The position numbers and the translations under genes are program-made. A stretch of DNA of 64,000 nt. Origin: an uncultured Planctomycetota bacterium. Its GTDB lineage: Bacteria > Planctomycetota > Phycisphaerae > UBA1845 > UTPLA1. This document shows, in pieces, positions 20,001 to 28,771 of this stretch (positions are counted from its first letter, which is position 1; each line of letters starts with the position of its first letter). The DNA lies in assembly GCA_900696465.1 (NCBI GenBank), contig CAADGE010000046.1, positions 77,858 through 141,857 on the forward strand, given 5' to 3'. The notes under the pieces were generated by a model. It had not been told where the DNA came from and ran no database searches. It saw nothing but the letters and a program-made list of their open reading frames with translations.

Positions 20001-20643
20001 CGTCGTGCTCTTCGGCGGTCTTGGACTTGGGATCGGCCTCGGCCTGCAATCGCTCGTGATGAACTTCATCAGCGGTCTGCTCATGCTCTTTGAGCGGCAT
20101 GTCAAGGTCGGCGATACGGTCATCGTACATGACAAGCTCGGCGAGGTGACCAAGGTCAGCATGCGATCCACGACCATCCGCACGCCGGATGGAATCTACC
20201 TGGTTATTCCCAACGGCGAGTTCATCAACCAGAAGGTGGAAAACTGGACGCTCGAAGGTCAGCCGATCCGCGGGTCCGTGGATGTGGGCGTGTCATACGG
20301 CGCCGATCCGCGCCGCGTGAAGGATCTGCTGGAACAGATCGCCTTTGCCGAGCCGATGGTTCGCATGGACCCTGCCCCCGCCGTGCAGTTCGTGAATTTC
20401 GGCGACAGCGCCCTGCACTTCAAACTGGTCTGCTGGTTCAACAACCCTGGCGAGCGCTGGACGGGCATGCTCAACATGCGTTACACGATCGTCGAAAAAT
20501 TCCGCGAAAACGGCATTGAGATTCCATTCCCGCAACGAACCCTCAGCTTCACCGGTAATCCCTTTCAAGTACAAAGTGTGCAGGTCGCACCGTCGTCAGG
20601 TCCGATGCCCGATCACCCCGCCGACCCGAATGCGAAGAGCTGA
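17014..20643 (+). CDS. MscS-family mechanosensitive channel with a long N-terminal periplasmic coiled-coil (MscK/KefA-like)
   Basis: Signal peptide MACLLALFLCLLLTCSVPATAQE, ~550 aa of heptad-like coiled-coil, multiple TM helices, and the MscS core LLMLFERHVKVGDTVIV...GEVTKVSMRSTTIRTPDGIYLVIPNGEFINQKVENWT. Confidence 0.85.
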   Translation: MACLLALFLCLLLTCSVPATAQEPSSTTTLPTTAQAPVTTTAPAQPPAMPRIATVPRTIEEITRLLKELDEEAAALAPTTQPVTSQPTTQPDGELDAQLDGWRLELWRAIQELRSQLLELERQTKQLEGLDEDALVAQITETIADYRKKTAEVQKLRIPFEITEEQVAEARTLYEKQNQALEVLTASLAQQEALINEGFAAQRSRIAEELRALQSRRERLESVIEAELRAADSDAAREIIQLRRRVLATRALSLETTRVNVGLRERLTQQEAQQNKLRIDALQPYVAALRQRMTSLIEERSRSRVERLRARIDTVDISEVQRAAYRLELICAEHTANLQRDFADAIRDRYTAGALATRQSMSKRDQSYWKEFSASLTRRSPIEVRSAYQDAGQALQRARTELSRLQKLLDLSLSEDRKLEDYLLRALAEYDEVATEFQSLTQDATGEEVIRLKSRIAQFRPDLRKAFEDIIKDEQDVIERLRQGIEVAEANVALWEEAVSRLYWARLITRGPTILDADAFAVISDEIRALGTSQLQTSLEVALKALESRLNVQTRLDWSLFVITSLAIIYIGQWLTRTCHRIRSEPLEEESAESIADDAAGAPTAPPRFGLRLRYHLARVGMVVVPILIVPAVIMAFILGLDITGAPARLGYLATLLLGGTALGIGVVNAAFKAPKPRYRLIACSRAVARYYRRFAYTIVFLAPLFLGAAGLLNALELAPQTAARLVTSFVFVTTLVGFIFLLRRETVLNVFPRTQRGRYTGTVAFLRTIHPFLLMLALLIMIMHVIGYSALSVYLVTGLTSTLAITLVAWLAHQLVKEFVYWIVLKARAVQAKYAPPEKADAAADGTSPATGAAAQEVPAPYDAGQTNLLHRLPPAGRAVVLVVRWLLIVAAALSALSVWGIGPNDVKRLLDLELWRHGEQPITLWRIGGAILTLLLTILASRALRQTLQSRVYPHHPTIDRGMQAAINTLLHYLTIAIGIYIGLQTLQIDFGALVVLFGGLGLGIGLGLQSLVMNFISGLLMLFERHVKVGDTVIVHDKLGEVTKVSMRSTTIRTPDGIYLVIPNGEFINQKVENWTLEGQPIRGSVDVGVSYGADPRRVKDLLEQIAFAEPMVRMDPAPAVQFVNFGDSALHFKLVCWFNNPGERWTGMLNMRYTIVEKFRENGIEIPFPQRTLSFTGNPFQVQSVQVAPSSGPMPDHPADPNAKS

Positions 20644-20706
20644 TGACTGCGTGGGGCGCTCAATGGCCGAAGGAGATGGACCGGCCTCGCACTCTCGTCA
20701 GGTGAA

Positions 20707-21276
20707 TCATCCCCAGAGAATTCGCATCGAGCCGAAACCGCCCGGGTCGCTTCGCTCCCACTCCTTGCGAACGAGACCGAGTCCATAGACGCAATACTCA
20801 AACTGCTCACTGAGCGTGGAGAGCAGCAGCGCCGGTGGCTGCGTATTGTCGGTGGACAGGTCGGAGGCGATCGCGTACGAACGCTTGCCCTGCTCCAGAT
20901 AGTTCAACAGATCATCACGGGCACTGCGCCGTCGCATGCGCCGGAGGTTCTCCGGGTAGATGCCCGTCCAGAAGAGCGTGAAATCGCCGATGTGCTGATG
21001 GACGCGGCGACGGCGATCCTCACTCGCGGCCAGCGGACCGACCTCTGCCTCGGCGAGCATCTCGGCCACATCCTCGATCCGCCGGCCGCTGCCGTCGCCG
21101 AGAAGGTTGATCCGCTCGATGTGGATGAACTCCGTCAGCAAATCGGTGACGTAATCCAGCAGCGAAGGGTCACAAAGCCCCACCTGCTCGTGGAAGCTGG
21201 TCTCCACCAGTCCGGCGAACCAGCGGCGTAATTCATGATCCTGCGGCAAGGAAGTCACGGCTGCGTACCTCCTCAT
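20707..21276 (-). CDS. hypothetical protein
   Basis: 189-aa ORF with ordinary amino-acid composition that fills the gap between flanking genes. I recognise no motif. Confidence 0.5.
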   Translation of the reverse strand: MRRYAAVTSLPQDHELRRWFAGLVETSFHEQVGLCDPSLLDYVTDLLTEFIHIERINLLGDGSGRRIEDVAEMLAEAEVGPLAASEDRRRRVHQHIGDFTLFWTGIYPENLRRMRRRSARDDLLNYLEQGKRSYAIASDLSTDNTQPPALLLSTLSEQFEYCVYGLGLVRKEWERSDPGGFGSMRILWG

Positions 21277-21495
21277 GCCCCTCGGGCCACGGGAAAGGAT
21301 CGGGAGCGAACTTCGCTTCGTTTGTCTTCGGTTATCGTCTCATCTTCATTGTAGGATTTATCAACCCCCAGAGTAAAGTTGCCCTCCTTGATTCGATCCA
21401 TCGTAAAATTATCGGCCGGCGCGGCGACGGGTACCCTCCCATCCGCCACCGGCTAACATATTTCCCGGTGAATGCAGAACAGCGCCTGCCGCCGA

Positions 21496-22566
21496 ATGCG
21501 GCTCCGGCCACGAGGAACTCCGGCCATCAAGACCGCCGAACTCAATTATGAACTTCCTCCCGAGCTGATCGCCCAGCGTCCGCTCGATCGTCGCGATGCG
21601 GCACGGCTGCTTGTCCTGCATCGCGACAACGGCCGACTCGAACACCGCGTCTTCGCCGATCTGCCGGAATATCTTTCTCCTGCGGATTGCCTGGTCCTCA
21701 ACCGATCCCGAGTCCTGCCGGCGCGGTTCGTCGCCCGCCGCGCGACCGGCGGCCGCATCCCCGGACTCTTTGTGAAGGAAGCTTCACCCGGTCGCTGGCA
21801 GGTTCTGCTGACCGGCACCGGGCGCCTGCGCGCAGGCGAGACGCTGGCCCTCGAAGGCGGCCCCTGGAAAATGACATGGCAGCGGCACCTGGAGCGTGGT
21901 CTCTGTGAGGTCACCATCGACCCGCCGGATGGCGCGATGACTGTCCTCGAACGCGTCGGCGCGATGCCTTTGCCGCCATACATTCGCCGCGACGCGCCCG
22001 ATGACGAACTCGCGACGCTCGACCGCGAACAGTATCAGACCATTTATGCCGCGGAGTCCGGTTCGGTCGCCGCACCCACGGCCGGACTGCACTTTACGCC
22101 GGAGTTGCTCGAAAAGATTCGCGCCGCAGGCACGCAGCTCATCGAGGTCTTGCTCCACGTCGGACTGGGTACCTTTCAGCCGATCGAAGTCGATGACCTG
22201 AAGGACCACCGGATGCACATGGAGCAGTACTCCATTTCCACCGAGGCCGTCGCCACGGTTAAGTCGTGCAAACAGCGCGGTGGCCGCGTCGTCGCCGTCG
22301 GCACGACCAGCGTGCGCGTCCTCGAAACCGCCGGCACCGGTGGACGACTCGAGCCCGGCTCGGGCTGGACGGACATCTTCATCTACCCCCCCTATTCCTG
22401 CCGGGTCGTCGATGCACTGGTGACGAACTTCCACCTGCCCGGCAGCACGCTGCTGGCGCTGGTCATGGCAATCGCCGGACGCGAGCAGACGCTTCGTGCA
22501 TACTACGCTGCCATACAGCAGCGCTATCGCTTCTACAGCTACGGTGATGCGATGCTGATCGTTTGA
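21496..22566 (+). CDS. queA: S-adenosylmethionine:tRNA ribosyltransferase-isomerase
   Basis: LNYELPPELIAQRPL..RD.ARLLVL, MPLPPYI, AAPTAGLHFT, VGTTSVRVLE and NFHLP.STLL are canonical QueA blocks. Start ATG 21496 preferred over 21472. Confidence 0.9.
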   Translation: MRLRPRGTPAIKTAELNYELPPELIAQRPLDRRDAARLLVLHRDNGRLEHRVFADLPEYLSPADCLVLNRSRVLPARFVARRATGGRIPGLFVKEASPGRWQVLLTGTGRLRAGETLALEGGPWKMTWQRHLERGLCEVTIDPPDGAMTVLERVGAMPLPPYIRRDAPDDELATLDREQYQTIYAAESGSVAAPTAGLHFTPELLEKIRAAGTQLIEVLLHVGLGTFQPIEVDDLKDHRMHMEQYSISTEAVATVKSCKQRGGRVVAVGTTSVRVLETAGTGGRLEPGSGWTDIFIYPPYSCRVVDALVTNFHLPGSTLLALVMAIAGREQTLRAYYAAIQQRYRFYSYGDAMLIV

Positions 22567-22602
22567 TTGGGCCCACCCAGGCCGATGAGACTGCGCGAAA
22601 CA

Positions 22603-24003
22603 CTATCGCCTCTGCCGTTGTCGGAACCGCCGCTGAGTGGCCTGGTGGGCGGCTTCGAGAGTGTCCATCTGTCGCTCGGCATCGTTGATCTTCGCATCGA
22701 ACTCGCGCTCCATCTCTTTGGCCGTCGTCGGTAGGATGCGCATTTCGCCGGACTCCACCCGAAGCATACGTCCGGTCTCATCGACGTACATTTCCGACGG
22801 CAGCGCTGCAAGACCTTCGCGATCTTCGACGAGGAAGACCTTGCCTGTGGATGCCCCCTCTGGCAGTTCCGCCGCACCTTTGACCTCGACCACGCGTGCA
22901 ATCATACCCACCCGGCTGTGGTCGAACGTCACAAACGCCAGCATGCGCGGCCGATCAAGATCACCGAGCAATTGCGGCAACATCCGCAGAACGGCGCGCG
23001 GCACGTACGATTCCGATAGCTGGATCGGCGGATTCTCCGTCATCGGCTGATCCAGCCCGAATTGCTGGCTCGTCAGCAGCACCTTTTCCGCGCGAAGTCC
23101 ATCTTCAAGGGTGACCTCCAGCGAAGCCGGCCGTTCCGCCATAGCCGGCACCAGCGAGGTGATGCTGGTCTCCCAGCGCTCGTGCTTCAGGTTCGTGCTG
23201 ACCCACATGTTGCTCTGGAGCCGACGGGCGCGGCCGTCCGGTTCGAACATCCACGCACGTTCCTTGACGAGGACGCCCGGGCGACCATCTCGATTCTGCT
23301 CGCGTTGCCAGATGACCACGAAGCCGACGGTTTTGCCATCCAATTCAAACCTGAGAAACTGCTCCGACACGAGCACGCGCGTCAGATCTTCCGGACGCAG
23401 CCCGCCCAGAAAGCGCCGACCGCTCTGCATCGCGACCGCAAGGTCTTCCTCCTTGATCTGGTCGATCAGGAGTTCGAGCGAACCGAGCACCAGATTGAAC
23501 AGCGGCTCGCTCTCGGCGCGCAATTCCGCCGGTCCGTCGTAAAGCAACACGAAGTAAACCTGAGGGCGGGCCTCAACGATCGCCTGCATGCGAAACTTCC
23601 GGCGACCCTCGCGCTGGAAAGACGCCGCCAGCACTCCGCCGCGACGGCCGGCCAACTCCTGCTGCTGCAGAGAGTGAATTTCCACCCCCGAATGTTCGAG
23701 CTCGATCGTCTCCGAGATGCGCTTGAGCATCTCGTCAATCGGCACCGGCTGCGTCGTGCTCGTGTACTTGAGCACGATCTCCTCCATCTGGCCGGCGCCG
23801 AGCGGATGAACCATCTGCACGAGCGTCACGCCGCGGCGCTCCGGCAAGCGGCGGCGGATGATGCGCCAATCCTTCGGTGGCCGGACCGACACGCCATAAC
23901 TGCCATCCACAATCGCATCGGCAAGCACCGATTCGACCGAGTCTGACCATGGACCCGACAGAATGACCGGCAGCAGCAACAGAGTGAAGATGGTGGTGAG
24001 CAT
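22603..24003 (-). CDS. hypothetical membrane-anchored/secreted protein (N-terminal PsbP/DcrB-like region by eye)
   Basis: Start ATG 24003 gives MLTTIFTLLLLPVILSG (signal/anchor). The last gene of a tightly packed three-gene minus-strand set. No confident family assignment. Confidence 0.55.
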   Translation of the reverse strand: MLTTIFTLLLLPVILSGPWSDSVESVLADAIVDGSYGVSVRPPKDWRIIRRRLPERRGVTLVQMVHPLGAGQMEEIVLKYTSTTQPVPIDEMLKRISETIELEHSGVEIHSLQQQELAGRRGGVLAASFQREGRRKFRMQAIVEARPQVYFVLLYDGPAELRAESEPLFNLVLGSLELLIDQIKEEDLAVAMQSGRRFLGGLRPEDLTRVLVSEQFLRFELDGKTVGFVVIWQREQNRDGRPGVLVKERAWMFEPDGRARRLQSNMWVSTNLKHERWETSITSLVPAMAERPASLEVTLEDGLRAEKVLLTSQQFGLDQPMTENPPIQLSESYVPRAVLRMLPQLLGDLDRPRMLAFVTFDHSRVGMIARVVEVKGAAELPEGASTGKVFLVEDREGLAALPSEMYVDETGRMLRVESGEMRILPTTAKEMEREFDAKINDAERQMDTLEAAHQATQRRFRQRQRR

Positions 24004-24008
24004 GTGTG

Positions 24009-24692
24009 TCACCCTCGGGATCGTCGTGGCGGGCGCGAAGTTTCCACCGCCGGTCGCGGTACCGACCACTCCTTGAATCGGACCGATTCGCAAATCCGCC
24101 GAAATCGATCTGCCACATGTGGATCGTGGGCGGCGCCCGTGTAGTTGAACTCGATAAGGAGCCCGTCCCTGGTGACGGCGGAGGCCGTCAGAAGCACCGT
24201 CCTGCCGCCGCGATCAACCTGCCGCTTCATGCGACCCTCAAGCGTACCCATCATGACCGTGGATACCTCGCTTCCCGGCGGCTGCGTGCCCTCCTTCACG
24301 ACAGACTCACGATCGCCGGCTCCGTCGATAACCAATTCGTAGCTCACTTCCAGAATGGCTTCCGGAGCACGTGGATGCCCGAGGACAAAGGTCACATGGT
24401 CGCTTTCGCCACTCGTGATCGTCGCTTCGGCGGCGTCGTAGAGCCGGGCGAAACCCTCGGGCACACTGAAGCTGATCGGCCAGTTCGCAAGAGACTCTTC
24501 GCGCAACGTGATCGGCTGTCGGGCCATGACCCAGGCCAGCGTCGTGGTGCCGGCGAGGACCAGCGCAGCGGTGGCGACTCCCCACCCGCGCCGCGCCGGC
24601 GTCTCACGCGTATATTCCTGCCACATGCCTACAGGATAATCCGCAGGGTCGGCCCGGGCAAAGTGTTCCATCACGCCCGACGGCATGTGCAA
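24009..24692 (-). CDS. hypothetical single-pass membrane protein
   Basis: TM segment WGVATAALVLAGTTTLAWVM followed by a ~170-aa beta-rich domain. There are 5 nt between its stop and the next gene's start. Confidence 0.5.
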   Translation of the reverse strand: MHMPSGVMEHFARADPADYPVGMWQEYTRETPARRGWGVATAALVLAGTTTLAWVMARQPITLREESLANWPISFSVPEGFARLYDAAEATITSGESDHVTFVLGHPRAPEAILEVSYELVIDGAGDRESVVKEGTQPPGSEVSTVMMGTLEGRMKRQVDRGGRTVLLTASAVTRDGLLIEFNYTGAAHDPHVADRFRRICESVRFKEWSVPRPAVETSRPPRRSRG

Positions 24693-24715
24693 GGATTTTA
24701 TTTCGATGGAAAAGA

Positions 24716-25117
24716 TCAGACGACCGCGATGACCCAGCGGAACAGGAACATGTAGAGCATTGCGATCAGGATGATGAGGCCGATCCGAAGTGCCGACTCG
24801 AGTTGCTCCAGCCGTAGGCGGCTGGCCTCTTGATCCTTGGCGAGCAGATGGGCAGCGCTGCCCGCCTTTGTCAGACCGACCTCGAATTCCACACCGCGGA
24901 TGATGAGCCGCGCTTCCGCCGATGCGATTGAAAGCCGTCCGGCAAACCGCACCAGTGCTCTCCGCTTGAAAAATCCGATGGGGCCATGCTCCGTTTCGCC
25001 GCGGACCATCTCACGAAAGAGCCGTCGGCAGGCCGCGCGCTTCATCGCCTCCGATGTACGCGCCCCGGCCAGCACCGAGTCCAAGGGTTGTTCAGGGAAG
25101 TCTTCCCCCATCGTCAT
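24716..25117 (-). CDS. hypothetical tail-anchored small protein
   Basis: 133-aa ORF with C-terminal TM IGLIILIAMLYMFLFRWVIAVV, 23 nt upstream of the next gene. Confidence 0.45.
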   Translation of the reverse strand: MTMGEDFPEQPLDSVLAGARTSEAMKRAACRRLFREMVRGETEHGPIGFFKRRALVRFAGRLSIASAEARLIIRGVEFEVGLTKAGSAAHLLAKDQEASRLRLEQLESALRIGLIILIAMLYMFLFRWVIAVV

Positions 25118-25345
25118 TCCCCCTGTAGGACGATATGCCGCTCGTGCCCGGGCTTCCAGCCATGCGGCCGCCGTACGGCGGGCGGAACGACCTTATCGGC
25201 TGCTCACCGACAGCAGGGGTTAGCGGTGATCGGGGTGCAGTCTGCAGGCCCGCTTCGCAATACTGCCTACGGCTGAATTGTCAGACCCTGCGGCATCGCT
25301 TATGATCCCGCCAACTACGAGAAAGGTCGCCAACGGACACGCTGC

Positions 25346-26671
25346 ATGCATCGACACCCTGAACTCCCTAAGGCATTTGCGGACCTCGGTTTGGAAGTGC
25401 CGATCCTCCGTGGCCTGGCCGATATGGCCTTCACCGAGCCCTCTCCGATCCAGGCGGAGATGATCCCAACCGTCCTCTCCGGTAAGGATGTGCTCGGACA
25501 AGCGAAGACCGGCACCGGCAAAACGGCCGCCTTCGGTCTCCCCCTTCTGCAGAAAATCGATCCGCAGGGCCGGCTGCAGGCGATGGTGCTGACGCCGACG
25601 CGCGAACTGGCCGCCCAGGTGGTGGGCGAATTTCGTCGGATCGCCAAGTACCTGGATCTGCATTGTGTGCCCATCTACGGCGGCGTGCGGATGAAGGAAC
25701 AGTTGCACCTTCTTGGCAAGCGGCCGCACGTCGTCGTCGGCACACCCGGCCGGATGATCGACCTGCTCGATCGCAAGCTGATCACACTGCAGGATGTCAA
25801 CATCGTCGTGCTTGACGAAGTCGACCGCATGCTGGACATCGGCTTCCGCGAAGACATTCGAAACATCCTCCGCCGCATCGAGCATCCGCACCAGACTGTA
25901 TTCGTCTCCGCGACGCTGGAGGACGAAATCAAGAAGCTGGCCCGGCAGTTCATGACCGACCCGGTCGAGGTCAACGTCTCGCGCGATGAGATGACCGTTG
26001 AGCAGGTCGAACAGGCGTACTGCGTGGTCGATCCGTGGGACAAGTTCCGGTTGCTCAAGATCGTGCTGGAGCTCGAGCAGCCGCGGCTCGCGATCATCTT
26101 CTGCAACACGAAGCACGGTGTGCGCAAGCTGGCCAAGCGGTTGCACGCCCTGGGGATGGAGGTCCGCGAGATTCACGGAGACCTCGTCCAGCAGAAGCGC
26201 GAGAAGATCATGGACCGCTTCCGTAAGCACAAGATTCCAGTGCTTGTTGCGACGGACCTGGCCGCCCGCGGCATCGATGTTCACCAGATCAGCCACATCA
26301 TCAACTACGACATGCCGCAGGATCCGCAGATTTACGTCCACCGAATCGGCCGCACGGCCCGCATGGGGGCCAGTGGAAAGGCCATCACCTTTGTCACCCG
26401 GGAAGAAGGTCCGGAGCTGACGAAAGTTGAAGTCCTGATCAATAAGGAAGTCAGCAAGCTCGCCCCAGAGGGATTTGAGCCCAGCCCGCCGCCGGAGGAT
26501 TTCGGTCGTGGCGACGGCCGTCGATTTGGTCCGCGCGGCCACGGTCGGGGAGACCGCCCGGTACCCTCTGCAGTCCCGACGGCTGCGCCGGCGGCACCCG
26601 CCAAGCCGGCCGCTTCGACCACCAATCTCGGCGGGAAGTTCCCGCTGCCGCGTCGCCTTCGTCGCCGCTGA
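25346..26671 (+). CDS. DEAD-box ATP-dependent RNA helicase (RhlE/DeaD-like) with an Arg/Gly/Pro-rich C-terminal tail
   Basis: Q-motif FTEPSPIQ, motif I AKTGTGKTAAF, PTRELA, motif II DEVD, SAT, and motif VI HRIGRTARMG. Confidence 0.9.
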   Translation: MHRHPELPKAFADLGLEVPILRGLADMAFTEPSPIQAEMIPTVLSGKDVLGQAKTGTGKTAAFGLPLLQKIDPQGRLQAMVLTPTRELAAQVVGEFRRIAKYLDLHCVPIYGGVRMKEQLHLLGKRPHVVVGTPGRMIDLLDRKLITLQDVNIVVLDEVDRMLDIGFREDIRNILRRIEHPHQTVFVSATLEDEIKKLARQFMTDPVEVNVSRDEMTVEQVEQAYCVVDPWDKFRLLKIVLELEQPRLAIIFCNTKHGVRKLAKRLHALGMEVREIHGDLVQQKREKIMDRFRKHKIPVLVATDLAARGIDVHQISHIINYDMPQDPQIYVHRIGRTARMGASGKAITFVTREEGPELTKVEVLINKEVSKLAPEGFEPSPPPEDFGRGDGRRFGPRGHGRGDRPVPSAVPTAAPAAPAKPAASTTNLGGKFPLPRRLRRR

Positions 26672-27068
26672 TCGCGAACAATTGCTGAAGGCGCCTTGAT
26701 CGCTCCAGACAGCACGATCGGCAATACCTTCCCTGATTTACCACATGACCCATAGCAAGCGCGAGTGCGCTGTGGATGTGCCGCTGGTTGCCTGTACGTT
26801 GCACATGAGAGCGGGCGCTGGCGCGGCAGATATTCAAAGCAAAACGTGAGTGCCAGAGCATTTGTCACTATCCAAATGCGGCCTGCAACTCGATTCGTTA
26901 CGCGCGATTAAGATAGGATCCAATCAATTATCAAACTGAGACCTCTCATCCGCGTGCAGTCCCCAGCATCAGGTTGACGCCACGGATAGTATTCTGCACG
27001 ACCCATAACATGCACAAACGGAGTGCACCGCTTCGGCGCGATGACAGACATTATCTCGCTACGTTGTC

Positions 27069-27097
27069 TTGAAAGTTCGCATCGTAATTGATACATT
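27069..27097 (+). promoter_or_regulatory. sigma-70-like promoter candidate upstream of the PEP-CTERM gene
   Basis: TTGAAA (27069-27074), 17-nt spacer, TACATT (27092-27097), in an AT-rich intergenic island. Pattern match only. Confidence 0.3.
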
Positions 27098-27245
27098 GCT
27101 TCTTTGTCAGAGATTTGTGGGGGTTCCCGCTGCGATAAGATTTGCAAAGGGCCGACAACTCCATCTACGAAAGGGTATTTCGACTGCGCGATCTCGTTTC
27201 GCGCCTGTATCGGACTGCATCATCGTTATAGTCACAGGAGAGAAA

Positions 27246-27971
27246 ATGACACGGTCAAAGTTTTGCACGATTGGTTTGATTCTGTTGTCACTCACGGTCA
27301 TAAGCATTGCTTCGGATGCGAATGCTGCCCTCCTCTTCTTCGAGGACTTCGAGGGCTACACGAGCTTCAGCGGCAGCCAGAATCCCGGATTGCCGCTGCT
27401 ATCAGAAGGCGCGAAGGAAACCTGGTACGGCGGACGATTCGAAACGGGCGACGGCGGCAGCATCGATTCGGACCTTTCCGTCTGGCGGCTGCCCGGCGTC
27501 TATCCGAACAATGTCACCTTTGGCCAGTTTGAAGATGATGCCGGCCTGCTGTTCCGCGTCTCCACGCTGGGAGTCTCCAATCCCATCCTGAGCTTTGAAT
27601 GGAAGACCCACAACACCGAGAGCGGTGACCGCTTCGTTGCGGGCTACTATGTCGGTTCCATCGATTTCGTAAACGACACGCCCGACGGACCGAATAACAA
27701 CCTGGTCCGTCGCTTCAATCAGGACGGTCCCACCTGGAGCGGCGGCGGTTGGGTTGAACTGCTCCGCGGACGCAACGAAGTTTCCTGGACGAGTTCCGTC
27801 TTCCCGCTGCCGGGCAATCAGCCCGAAGTGTGGGTGGCCTTCTGGATGGACAACGGCGAAGGCGACCTCGGCAAGCTCGACAACATCGCAGTCACGCCGG
27901 AGCCGATGACGGCGACCTTCCTGCTGCTGGGCCTCGCCGGTTTTTGTCGCAACCGCCGACGACGGGCCTGA
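27246..27971 (+). CDS. PEP-CTERM sorting-domain secreted protein
   Basis: GGAG upstream of ATG 27246; signal peptide MTRSKFCTIGLILLSLTVISIASDANA; C-terminus VTPEPMTATFLLLGLAGFCRNRRRRA (PEP motif + TM + Arg cluster). Confidence 0.75.
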   Translation: MTRSKFCTIGLILLSLTVISIASDANAALLFFEDFEGYTSFSGSQNPGLPLLSEGAKETWYGGRFETGDGGSIDSDLSVWRLPGVYPNNVTFGQFEDDAGLLFRVSTLGVSNPILSFEWKTHNTESGDRFVAGYYVGSIDFVNDTPDGPNNNLVRRFNQDGPTWSGGGWVELLRGRNEVSWTSSVFPLPGNQPEVWVAFWMDNGEGDLGKLDNIAVTPEPMTATFLLLGLAGFCRNRRRRA

Positions 27972-28041
27972 AGGCCGTTGCTCCATGGCAATCACAAGCA
28001 GCTCGATTGTGGTCGATCTGATTGCTGAGGTAGCACCAGGC

Positions 28042-28065
28042 GCTTCACCCATCCTCGGGTGAAGC
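28042..28065. terminator. 9-bp stem hairpin between convergent genes (terminator candidate, no U-tract)
   Basis: GCTTCACCC (28042-28050), loop ATCCTC, GGGTGAAGC (28057-28065). It lies between the PEP-CTERM gene (+) and ubiX (-). Confidence 0.4.
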
Positions 28066-28097
28066 TGCACGGTGAACATGCGCAGACTGCCCAGGAG

Positions 28098-28709
28098 TTA
28101 CCCGATTGGCCGCCCGGATGACTCACCCTCGGGATTCCAGCGCGTGTGCAGCGTGTGAGATACGCCGACGAGATCGCACAGCTTGCCGACCACGAAGTCC
28201 ACGAGATCATCGATCCGCTTCGGAAGCATGTAGAAGCCCGGAGACGCCGGACAGATGATCCCGCCGGCACGACTGATCCGCAGCATGTTCTCCAGCTCGA
28301 TCTGGGAGATCGGCATCTCGCGCGTGACGAGAATCAATCGGCGCGCTTCCTTGAGGTGCACAGCCGCGGCCCGCGAAATGAGGTTGGCCCCGGTGCCCGA
28401 TGCGATTTCGCCGAGCGTGTTGCTGCTGCACGGGCAGACGATCATGCCGTCGGTGAGAAACGAGCCCGATGCCAGCTTCGCGCCGACATCCCGGTAGGGA
28501 TGCACGGTAATCGATCGTGCCGCCTCGGGCCCTGCCAGCGTTTCGGGCGTCGGTCGCCGAAGGTTCAGTTCGTCTGCGAAGAGCCGCCGACCGTACGGCG
28601 ACATCACCAGATGGACCTCCGCGCCGCCGGCCGACAGCACCTGCAACAATCGCCGGGCGTAGCACGCGCCGCTCGCCCCGGTCACGGCCACTACGATTCG
28701 TTTCGACAT
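28098..28709 (-). CDS. ubiX: flavin prenyltransferase UbiX family (UbiX/MqnL-like)
   Basis: MSKRIVVAVTGASGACYARRLLQVL...VHLVMS, CPCSSNTLGEIASG and LILVTREMP are UbiX/Pad1 signatures. Start ATG 28709. Confidence 0.88.
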   Translation of the reverse strand: MSKRIVVAVTGASGACYARRLLQVLSAGGAEVHLVMSPYGRRLFADELNLRRPTPETLAGPEAARSITVHPYRDVGAKLASGSFLTDGMIVCPCSSNTLGEIASGTGANLISRAAAVHLKEARRLILVTREMPISQIELENMLRISRAGGIICPASPGFYMLPKRIDDLVDFVVGKLCDLVGVSHTLHTRWNPEGESSGRPIG

Positions 28710-28771
28710 GGCTCCGATCACCTTTGATCCCCCGCATACGGTCATTCAGGCGCTGTGGTAATCTACACGCA

